From assembly GCA_963821575.1 (NCBI GenBank), contig CAWGEJ010000011.1, positions 241,675 to 305,674 of the forward strand: a DNA stretch of 64,000 bases, given 5' to 3'. The position numbers and the translations under genes are program-made. The DNA comes from an uncultured Thermoleophilia bacterium. GTDB lineage: Bacteria > Actinomycetota > Thermoleophilia > Gaiellales > Gaiellaceae. Below, one piece after another: positions 38,846-46,265 of the stretch. The notes under the pieces were generated by a model. The model searched no databases. It was not told the origin of the DNA and saw only the letters and a program-made list of their open reading frames with translations. Every line of letters begins with the position of its first letter. Positions within the stretch are counted from its first letter, which is position 1.

Positions 38846-39796
38846 TCACTCGTCGTGCTGCGCTGCGAGCACCGTGTCCAGCACTTCGTCGTACGAGGCG
38901 GTTGCGAGGCAGATGGTCGTGTCGGCGGCGCCGTAGTAGAGCCGTAGCTCTCCGCGGTCCAGGTCGTGGATCATGCCGCACGGGAAGATCGCGTTCGGAA
39001 CGTCACCGCCCCGTTCGTAGGGCTCCCGCGGGGCCAGCACCCAGTTGGATGCCCGCCGCAGCACGTGGGTCGGTTCTTCGAGATCGAGGAGGGCGAGCCC
39101 GAGTCTGTAGATCCCGCCCGAAATGGTCTCCTTGACGCCGTGGTAGACGAGTAGCCAGCCGTAGTCGGTCTTGATCAGGGGCGGGCCGATGCCGATCCGC
39201 TGCGAGTCCCACCAGGCGCCGGAGCGGGGCTCCATGACGGTCTCTGGAGGGCTCCAGCTCAGGAGGTCGGCCGAGCGCGAGAGGGAGATCCCAGGTGTCG
39301 AGTTGCCGAAGCCGGACGTCGGTCGGTGGAAGAGGATCCATTTGCCTCCGACCCGCTCCGGCAGCAGCGCTGCGTTCTTGTCGTCAGGCGCGATGACGAC
39401 CCCGATCCGTTCCACCGTGCGAAAGTCTCGTGACTTCGCGAGGAAGACGCAGGGGCCGGCAGGGCCGTAGGCGGTGCACGTGATCACATGCGTGTCGAGT
39501 TCGGAGACCCAGACTGCACGGGCGTCCTCGAAGCCCCAGAGCTCTTCGTCGTGCCCTGCGACCGACTCGAGCAGCGGCAGCTCATCCACGTGCCAGTTGC
39601 TCGCTCCGTTCGCGGATCGCGCAACCGTGAGGTGGGAGATCCCGGTGCGGGCCTCGACTCGTGCCAGCAGAACGGTCTCGCCGTTGAGCTGCACCGCGGC
39701 CGGGTTGAAGACGGCGTTCACGCTGTGCGGCCAATCCGCCGCGGTGAGGATCGGGTTCGCGGGGTAGCGGCGAAACGGTTCCGGCTTGACTGTCAG
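38846..39796 (-). CDS. GH130-like glycoside phosphorylase (DUF377-type), probable CTG start
   Basis: WGFEDARAVW, LVYHGV and LYYGAADT. The conserved N-terminal FRRYPANPILTAADWPHS lies upstream of the first canonical start (GTG at 39721). An in-frame CTG at 39796 overlaps the upstream stop (CTGA). Confidence 0.7.
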   Translation of the reverse strand: MTVKPEPFRRYPANPILTAADWPHSVNAVFNPAAVQLNGETVLLARVEARTGISHLTVARSANGASNWHVDELPLLESVAGHDEELWGFEDARAVWVSELDTHVITCTAYGPAGPCVFLAKSRDFRTVERIGVVIAPDDKNAALLPERVGGKWILFHRPTSGFGNSTPGISLSRSADLLSWSPPETVMEPRSGAWWDSQRIGIGPPLIKTDYGWLLVYHGVKETISGGIYRLGLALLDLEEPTHVLRRASNWVLAPREPYERGGDVPNAIFPCGMIHDLDRGELRLYYGAADTTICLATASYDEVLDTVLAAQHDE

Positions 39797-42066
39797 GCGG
39801 CAACCTTCGAGACACGGCTCGTGCGCACGACACGGGGCAGCCCTGCAGCGTCGAGCACCAGTTGTGCGCGATGGAAGGCAAGCGTCGACTCGGCGCCTTC
39901 GTTTGCGTTCACGTCGTCTGCTCCCAGCCCGTCGCGGCAGCCCCCGGTGGCGAAGTCATAGAGCGGCCGGCCGAGGCGGTTTCTGCCGAGGAACCACTCG
40001 AAGGCGCACTGCGCGCGAGCGCCGTGATCGATGTCCCCCGTCACCGCGAACGCCGACAACTCGGCCTCGACGAGCGCAGACGCATCGAGTGGCTGCTCGT
40101 CACCCACGCCGGGGGCCGGCTGGGAGCGGTGACGTCCCTCGTGGCCGGGAAGCCTCAGCGTGCCGTCCGCGAGGCCACACTCGTCACCGAGCCAGGCCAG
40201 CGCAGAGAGCCCGATCTTTGTGGCCTGCGGCCGGCCGAGTGCGGCTCCGCCCAGGATCAGAGCTTGCGGCACTCGGGCGTTGTCGTACCTGAGCGAGTCC
40301 TCGAACCAGCTCCAGCCGGGCCCCGCAGTCGCCTCGTATGCTTGCTCGAGTTGCGCCACGCAGCGCTCGAGCAGTTCTCGTGCGTCGGCTTCCAGTCGGT
40401 CTGGATCAAGCCTGGCCAGCCCGAGTGCGGTGTATGCGGCGGTACGCAGCGGCAGTTCGTTCGCGCACGAACGGACGAGCGCAGCGAGCAGGTGCTGCGC
40501 CGGGTCGACGAGCGCCGGCACCCAGGCTGTCGTCAGCACATCGCCAAGCGCCCAGATCGCGCGGCCGACATGGTCGCCGACATGCGCGTCATCGAGCCAG
40601 CGGCGGTCGTAAGTCATGAAGTTGCGCATCCCGCGGCCGTTGTCGTCGCTCGCGTCGGAGAGAAACGAGAGCGCGCGGTACAGCACGGCCGACCACACCC
40701 GATCACCGGTGCGCCGTTCGAGCTCGAGCGCGACGATCGTCAGCCGCGCCACATCGTCGACGCAGTAGCCGGTGAAACGGTTCGGGATCGCGCCGTTCGC
40801 GTGCTGAATGACGCCACAGTCGTCAACGAGCGTCAAGAGGTGATCGGTTCGAACCTCGAGCAGCTCGAGGCTGCTCTCCGGGATCGGCGTCCGGCGCGGC
40901 GCGGCGAGCACGGCTTCGCGGAGCACATCGGCGGTCGCCTCTCCGATCGACGGCCAACTGAAGGTCGCCCCGATCCGTGCCGCCTCCGTTCTTGCGGCGG
41001 CGAGCACCTCAGGCTCTTCGACGAAACCGCAAACGGCCGCTGCCAGCGCCTCGGAGTCGCCGAAGCCGAAGAGCTTCCCTGCCCCAGAAGAGAGCATGTC
41101 GGTCGCGTACCAGTACGGGGTCGAGACTGCGGCACAGCCTGCGCCCAGCGCGAAGGTGAGCGCGCCGGAAACACTCTGCTCACGACTGCCGTAGGGCGTG
41201 ACGAAGACGTCGGTCGCGGCGAGCAGGTCGGCCAACTCGTCGATCTCGAGGAAGCGGTCGTCGAGCTCGACGTACTCGGTGAGGTCGAGGTCGAGAATGC
41301 GACGCTCCAGTTTCGAGCGGTACTCCTCACCGTCGCGTCGCGCGACCTGCGGATGCGTGCGTCCGGCGACCACGTACAGCACCTCCGGATGACGCTCGAC
41401 GATCGCCGGCATCGCCTCGAGCATCACCTCGATCCCCTTGCCCGGAGACAGCAGGCCGAACGTGCTGAGCAGGAAACGCGATTCCATCCGGGCATAGCCG
41501 CCGGCGGCGACATACCGCGGGCGCCGCCCGCCGTCCAACTCTGCGCGAGCGCGCGCCAACTCGAGCGGCGCGCCGTGCGGGACGACAGCGATCGTCTCCG
41601 CCGCGCAGGCACCGACCTGCACCAGTAGCCGCTTGGCGGTCTCGGTCATCACGATGACACGTTCTGCCTCGTCGCAGAGAGCCGTCAAGACACTCAGTTG
41701 ATGCGCTGTCGGTTCCGAGAGAACCGTATGAAGCGTCACAACAAGTGGCTGCGTGAGCTCGCGCGCGAACGAGAGCACATAGTCGCCGTCCCGGCCGCCG
41801 AAGATGCCGTACTCGTGCTGGAGAAGCACCACGTCGACGTCGGTCCGGCCTAGTGCACGAGCCGCGCGAACGTAGTCGCCGCGCGCCCCCTGAGAGACGG
41901 CGCGCAAGGTCTCGGGCCGCTGCGGGCTGGACGGCTCATCCACGACGACGATCTGGCTGACATCGGCCACGTCGTGGACGTCAAGCAATGCCCTCCCAAC
42001 GTCGAAGGAGAATGTGCCGATCCCGCACGCGCGCGGTGGAAACGTCGAAAAGATCGCGGTACGCAC
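39793..42066 (-). CDS. GT4-family glycosyltransferase fused to a large uncharacterised helical C-terminal domain
   Basis: A GTG at 42066 preceded by GAAAGGGG gives VRTAIFSTFPPRACGIGTF...; the alternative is TTG at 42123. GT-B signature VFVTPYGSREQSVSGALTFALGAGCAAVSTPY. I cannot assign the last ~350 aa. Confidence 0.7.
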   Translation of the reverse strand: MRTAIFSTFPPRACGIGTFSFDVGRALLDVHDVADVSQIVVVDEPSSPQRPETLRAVSQGARGDYVRAARALGRTDVDVVLLQHEYGIFGGRDGDYVLSFARELTQPLVVTLHTVLSEPTAHQLSVLTALCDEAERVIVMTETAKRLLVQVGACAAETIAVVPHGAPLELARARAELDGGRRPRYVAAGGYARMESRFLLSTFGLLSPGKGIEVMLEAMPAIVERHPEVLYVVAGRTHPQVARRDGEEYRSKLERRILDLDLTEYVELDDRFLEIDELADLLAATDVFVTPYGSREQSVSGALTFALGAGCAAVSTPYWYATDMLSSGAGKLFGFGDSEALAAAVCGFVEEPEVLAAARTEAARIGATFSWPSIGEATADVLREAVLAAPRRTPIPESSLELLEVRTDHLLTLVDDCGVIQHANGAIPNRFTGYCVDDVARLTIVALELERRTGDRVWSAVLYRALSFLSDASDDNGRGMRNFMTYDRRWLDDAHVGDHVGRAIWALGDVLTTAWVPALVDPAQHLLAALVRSCANELPLRTAAYTALGLARLDPDRLEADARELLERCVAQLEQAYEATAGPGWSWFEDSLRYDNARVPQALILGGAALGRPQATKIGLSALAWLGDECGLADGTLRLPGHEGRHRSQPAPGVGDEQPLDASALVEAELSAFAVTGDIDHGARAQCAFEWFLGRNRLGRPLYDFATGGCRDGLGADDVNANEGAESTLAFHRAQLVLDAAGLPRVVRTSRVSKVAA

Positions 42067-42286
42067 GGTCGGTGCGCCCCTTTCGCCAGATGTCCGAGGC
42101 CCACGTGAGAACCGCAGGATCAATCGGCCGGCTGCCAGCGTAGCGGCTATCGGCGAGACGACCTCGAAGTCGAGGTCCGTATTTCAGGCGCCGGATCGCG
42201 TTCACAAGCGCCACCGAGAGAGGTGAGCGGGACGCTCTCTAGCGGTGAGCGTACCTCCAAGGGCGTTGACCACCCGGTTCGGAGGT

Positions 42287-42376
42287 CACAGCGACCGCCT
42301 GGGCCCGACTTCGGACGCCCAGCTTTGCGTAGACGTTGTCGAGGTGCTTGCGCACGGTCCCGACCGCGATCGCCTC
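42287..42376 (-). pseudogene. LuxR/GerE-type HTH C-terminal fragment
   Basis: Only ...EAIAVGTVRKHLDNVYAKLGVRSRAQAVAV is recognisable. There is no receiver or ligand domain and no credible N-terminus. Confidence 0.55.
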
Positions 42377-42382
42377 GACCCC

Positions 42383-42538
42383 GTCGCAGTCTCGAAGCAG
42401 CTCGGCCACGCCAACCCCGGCATCACCCTCCGGGTGTACTCGCACGAGTTCGATAAGGCCCGGCACACCGACGAGCTGCGGTCGGCGATGTCCAACGCGT
42501 TCGGGCATATGCTCGCCGCGGCGGACGATGCTTCGTAA
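42383..42538 (+). pseudogene. tyrosine recombinase (phage integrase) C-terminal fragment
   Basis: VSKQLGHANPGITLRVYSHEF... matches the box-II LGH....T...Y.H motif with the catalytic Tyr. Everything upstream of it is missing. Confidence 0.6.
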
Positions 42539-42581
42539 CCGCGGCGACTTGCGAGCGTCCCCGCCGGGGGAGGGGCCGAAG

Positions 42582-42770
42582 CTATGGGCTAGCGTCTTCG
42601 GCGGGGGTGCGTCCAGCTAGCCTCCGCCGTTGCCGCTCGGCGAGCAAGATCTCGAATGTCTCCTCCCGCGCGGTGGTTAGCGACGCAAGAGTTAGTTCTG
42701 CTTCGAGTTCCTCCTCGCTCAGCTGCGATGCGACTGCCGGGTCGATGGGTGGTGCGCTAAAGGTGGTCAT
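42582..42770 (-). CDS. hypothetical small acidic protein
   Basis: 62 aa from the internal ATG (MTTFSAPPIDPAVASQLSEEELEAEL...). It lies between the integrase fragment and tRNA-Gly. Confidence 0.3.
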   Translation of the reverse strand: MTTFSAPPIDPAVASQLSEEELEAELTLASLTTAREETFEILLAERQRRRLAGRTPAEDASP

Positions 42771-42882
42771 GGCATCAACGTGCCTTCCCTTGTGGCTGGC
42801 TGAATCAGCGAACACCCGTATTTCGCGTGCGAGCAACCGGCCCGTCGCGCCCTGTGGTTGACATCTCGTTTTACATCACAGC

Positions 42883-42914
42883 CTGAAAGACAGAAACGGC
42901 CCCGGAAGGGGCCG
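42883..42914 (-). terminator. rho-independent terminator of tRNA-Gly
   Basis: On the minus strand: CGGCCCC-TTCC-GGGGCCG followed by TTTCTGTCTTTC. Confidence 0.7.
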
Positions 42915-42938
42915 CGTCTTTGGCCTAGATAAAGGAGG

Positions 42939-43012
42939 AGCGGATGATGGGACTCGAACCCACGACCTTCTGCATGGCAAGCAGACGCTCTAGCCAACTG
43001 AGCTACATCCGC
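42939..43012 (-). tRNA. tRNA-Gly: tRNA-Gly (GCC)
   Basis: Reverse complement GCGGATGTAGCTCAGTTGGCTAGAGCGTCTGCTTGCCATGCAGAAGGTCGTGGGTTCGAGTCCCATCATCCGCT. Anticodon loop UUGCCAU. CCA is not encoded. Confidence 0.9.
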
Positions 43013-43023
43013 GAACGGTCGCC

Positions 43024-43029
43024 AGTATA
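43024..43029 (-). promoter_or_regulatory. candidate -10 box TATACT for tRNA-Gly
   Basis: A TANNNT hexamer 11 nt upstream of the mature 5' end. Confidence 0.35.
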
Positions 43030-43036
43030 GCCGCGG

Positions 43037-43411
43037 TCAGGTGAGGCCCAGGCGTGCCGCCATGGTGGCGGCGACTGCTTGAAGGCCCGACAGCGGGCGG
43101 ATCATGACGGTGAAGCGCTCGATCAGGCCGTCCGCGTTCTCCTCGAGGATGTCGATCCCCTGCAGCTCTCGGTCGCCGACGTTCGCCTCGAAGAAGAGGA
43201 TCGTCGTCGCGCCGTCCTGCCACTCGTTCGTGTAGCGGAAGTTCTCGAACACGGTCGCGACGAGCCGGAGGATCTGGTCGACCGTCTCCTTGCCCTCGTA
43301 CGGCTTGTAGACCGCAGGGCTGCGGAAGACGACGTTCTCGGCGATCGACGCCATCGCCGCCTCGTGGTCGTCTGCGAGGACGGCGACGCCGAAGGGATGC
43401 CGCACGGTCAC
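43037..43411 (-). CDS. SnoaL-like/NTF2-fold protein
   Basis: 124 aa with FRSPAVYKPYEGKETV...FEANVGDRELQGIDIL. ATGA overlap with the upstream gene. Confidence 0.6.
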   Translation of the reverse strand: MTVRHPFGVAVLADDHEAAMASIAENVVFRSPAVYKPYEGKETVDQILRLVATVFENFRYTNEWQDGATTILFFEANVGDRELQGIDILEENADGLIERFTVMIRPLSGLQAVAATMAARLGLT

Positions 43412-43848
43412 GCTGCGTCCAGTGCCTCGTTGACGAGCCTGTCCGCGAGCTCGTTGTGGGCGCGCTTCACGTGGCGATACTCGACGCTCGCGAGCTGCCG
43501 TGCAAGCGCGGCCGCCTCGACGGAGAGCTCGCGCAGCGCGCCGTTCTTGACGCGGTACTCGCCGCGCATCTGCTTGACCATCAGCTCCGAGTCGGACACG
43601 ACCTCGACGCGGGGGACTTGCAGCTCGACGGCCTTTCGCAGGCCGGCGATCAAGCCGCTGTATTCGGCGACGTTGTTCGTGGCGCTTCCGATCGCTCGTC
43701 CTTCGGCGGCGAGCACGGTCCCGTCGTCGGCTTCGAGCACGTAGCCGTAGGCCGCCGGTCCCGGGTTGCCGCGCGACCCGCCGTCCGTAAAGAGGCGCGC
43801 CTTCAAGACACCCCGACCGCGGTGTGTGACACCGACGGTGTCAGACAC
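43408..43848 (-). CDS. rnhA: ribonuclease HI family protein
   Basis: 146 aa with LFTDGGSRGNPGPAAYGYVL, TNNVAEYSGLIAGL, VVSDSELMVKQM and NELADRL. Confidence 0.8.
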   Translation of the reverse strand: MSDTVGVTHRGRGVLKARLFTDGGSRGNPGPAAYGYVLEADDGTVLAAEGRAIGSATNNVAEYSGLIAGLRKAVELQVPRVEVVSDSELMVKQMRGEYRVKNGALRELSVEAAALARQLASVEYRHVKRAHNELADRLVNEALDAA

Positions 43849-43882
43849 CTTTCCGACGGCCGCCTCCGGTCGGCCGGCAGCG

Positions 43883-45307
43883 TCATGCGTTGTCGATCTG
43901 GGCCCGCTGCAGCTTCCCGCTGTAGTCGACGTACACCGACTTCCATTCGGTGAACACGTCGAGCGCAGCCTGGCCGGCCTCGCGGTGGCCGTTCCCCGTC
44001 TGCTTCATGCCGCCGAACGGCAGATGCACCTCGGCGCCGGTCGTCCCGGCGTTGATGTAGGTGATGCCGGTCTGGAGATCGCGCATCGCAGCGAACGCCT
44101 TGTTGACGTCCCGCGTGAAGATCGACGACGACAGCCCGTACTTGACGCTGTTCACAGCGCGCACCGCTTCCTCGAACGAGTCGACGGGGATGAGCGCCGT
44201 CGTCGGGCCGAAGATCTCCTCCTGCGCGATCCGCATCTCCGCGTCGACGTCGGCAAAGACCGTCGGGCGGTAGTAGAAGCCGTGGCCTTCGACCCGCTCT
44301 CCCCCGGTCAGCAGCTTGGCACCTTCGCCCTTGCCGATCTCGGTGTACGAGTGGATCTTCTCGACCGCCGTCTCGTTGATCACCGGGCCGATCTGGGTGT
44401 CGTCCTCCCACGGCGGGCCGATGCGCATCTTCTCCGCGCCGGCGACCAGCTTGCGCTGCAGCTCGTCGTAGACGGCGCGATGCACGATCACGCGCGACGC
44501 GGCAGTGCAGCGCTGCCCTGCCGTTCCGAACGCCGACCAGAGGATGCCCTCGACCGCGAGATCGACGTCGGCGTCGTCCATGACGATGATGCCGTTCTTG
44601 CCGCCGAGCTCGAGATGGACGTGCTTGAGCTCGTCGGCGGCGTTCTTCGTCACGAGCACGCCCGTCTCGCGTGAGCCGGTGAACGTGATCACCGGCACGT
44701 CGGGGTGGCGTACGAGCGCGTCGCCGGCCTCCTCGCCGAACCCGTGCACGATCTGGACGACGCCTTCCGGCAGCCCCGCCTCGTGCAGCAGGTCGACGAA
44801 GCGCTGCGCCAGGAGCGGCGTGTCCTCGGCCGGCTTCAGCACGACCGTGTTCCCACAGACGAGCGCCGGGCAGAGCTTCCACGCGGGGATCGCGATCGGG
44901 AAGTTCCAGGGCGTGATCGCACCGACGACGCCGACCGGCATCCGGACGCTCATCATGAACTTGTCGCGGAGCTCCGACGGAGTGGTCTGGCCGAACAGCC
45001 GCCGGCCCTCTCCGCCCATGTAGTAGCTCATGTCGATCGCTTCCTGCACGTCGCCGCCGGCCTCCGCCTTCACCTTCCCCATCTCGCGCGTCATCAGGTC
45101 GGAGAGCTCGGGCTTGCGCTGCTCGAGCAGCTGCGCGAAGCGGAACAGGATGTTGCCGCGCTCGGGCGCCGGCACGAGGCGCCAGTCCTCCCAGGCCGCC
45201 CGCGCGGTCGCGACTGCGCGATCGACGTCGCCGGCCGACGAACGCGGGAAGGTGTCGATGACCTCGCCGGTGGACGGGTTCAGTGATTCAAAGGTCGCTG
45301 TGGCCAT
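43883..45307 (-). CDS. NAD(P)-dependent aldehyde dehydrogenase
   Basis: 474 aa with TPWNFPIAIPAWK, ELGGKN, GQRCTAASR and EIFGPT. Confidence 0.85.
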   Translation of the reverse strand: MATATFESLNPSTGEVIDTFPRSSAGDVDRAVATARAAWEDWRLVPAPERGNILFRFAQLLEQRKPELSDLMTREMGKVKAEAGGDVQEAIDMSYYMGGEGRRLFGQTTPSELRDKFMMSVRMPVGVVGAITPWNFPIAIPAWKLCPALVCGNTVVLKPAEDTPLLAQRFVDLLHEAGLPEGVVQIVHGFGEEAGDALVRHPDVPVITFTGSRETGVLVTKNAADELKHVHLELGGKNGIIVMDDADVDLAVEGILWSAFGTAGQRCTAASRVIVHRAVYDELQRKLVAGAEKMRIGPPWEDDTQIGPVINETAVEKIHSYTEIGKGEGAKLLTGGERVEGHGFYYRPTVFADVDAEMRIAQEEIFGPTTALIPVDSFEEAVRAVNSVKYGLSSSIFTRDVNKAFAAMRDLQTGITYINAGTTGAEVHLPFGGMKQTGNGHREAGQAALDVFTEWKSVYVDYSGKLQRAQIDNA

Positions 45308-45367
45308 GCGGACGATGCTACCGGGGGCCGGAGCCCGTCCAGACGGTTCGGCGCCTTCGGGGTGGGC

Positions 45368-45595
45368 TCAGGAGCTGGGCGCTTCCGTGTCGGGAAATGT
45401 CCCCGTCACGCGGGCGCGGCGCCGGTCGCGGGTCACGCGGCGCTCCTTGAACGACTCGGGCTCCTCGCCTGCGCGCCGGTTGGGGCCTTCGCGCCGGTCG
45501 ACGATCACGGTCACCGACGGGTTGTCCCGGTAGTACTCGACCATCTTGTCGAAGAGCTCCGGCTCGAGCTCCTTCGGGATCACGCAGTAGATCAC
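45368..45595 (-). CDS. hypothetical small protein with Arg-rich tail
   Basis: GTG start; 75 aa: VIYCVIPKELEPELFDKMVEYYRDNPSVTVIVDRREG...RRVTRDRRRARV. Confidence 0.45.
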   Translation of the reverse strand: MIYCVIPKELEPELFDKMVEYYRDNPSVTVIVDRREGPNRRAGEEPESFKERRVTRDRRRARVTGTFPDTEAPSS

Positions 45596-45626
45596 CGGCT
45601 CAGTGTAAGGCGTGGACCAGCGAGCG

Positions 45627-46244
45627 CTAGAGGCGGGCGATATTCGGGACGATCCGGCCGTCCTCTTCCATGTGCGAGTTCCACTCGGTGATCGGCCCCT
45701 CGAGCTCGCTCGGGTCGTGGCCGCGCTCCTCGAGCCGGACCGGGTTGTCGGAGTCGAGCGAGACCCGGTACTGGTACCAGGAGATGTCCCAGGCGACCGT
45801 GACGACGACCTCCGCGTTGACGCCGGATAGGACGACGACGGAGACCTTGGGCGCGCCGAGCGACTTGCCGATGCCGCCGACCGTGCGCCGGTACTGGGAC
45901 GCGTTGAAGATGTCAGCGGCCTCGACCATCGCAACCTCGTGCTCGGAGAGACGCCGCAGGATCGGCTCCGACGCGACCGTCTCCTCCGGTCCGCGCGGGC
46001 GGGTGCCGAGGAGCCCCGACAGGAAGTTGCCGCGCCGCCGCCTTGCCGCCGGGACGGTCGGCGACGTGGGCGCTCCCTCCCGCACCCAGCCGTATTCGAC
46101 AGCCGTGTCGGCGCACAGGGGGCAGACGTCGACGTAGTCGGCGCCGCCGTTCGGCGAGAACCGAACCGCCCGCTCGCCCATCAGCAACGTGCGCTCACAG
46201 ATCGCGCACGCACGCTCCACGGTGACCCGTGTGATGCGTGTCAT
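45627..46244 (-). CDS. hypothetical protein with N-terminal zinc ribbon (2x CxxC)
   Basis: 205 aa with CAICERTLL...VDVCPLCADT. The C-terminal ~110 aa are unassigned. Confidence 0.6.
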   Translation of the reverse strand: MTRITRVTVERACAICERTLLMGERAVRFSPNGGADYVDVCPLCADTAVEYGWVREGAPTSPTVPAARRRRGNFLSGLLGTRPRGPEETVASEPILRRLSEHEVAMVEAADIFNASQYRRTVGGIGKSLGAPKVSVVVLSGVNAEVVVTVAWDISWYQYRVSLDSDNPVRLEERGHDPSELEGPITEWNSHMEEDGRIVPNIARL

Positions 46245-46265
46245 GGGTGAAGCGTAGCGAGCGTC

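Noticed and set aside
42239-42538. The overlapping ORFs 42239..42508 (-) and 42245..42538 (+) read as two intact small genes.
   Set aside because: Each contains only a short terminal segment with family signal (LuxR HTH; integrase box II). The remainder is translation of the other fragment's antisense strand.
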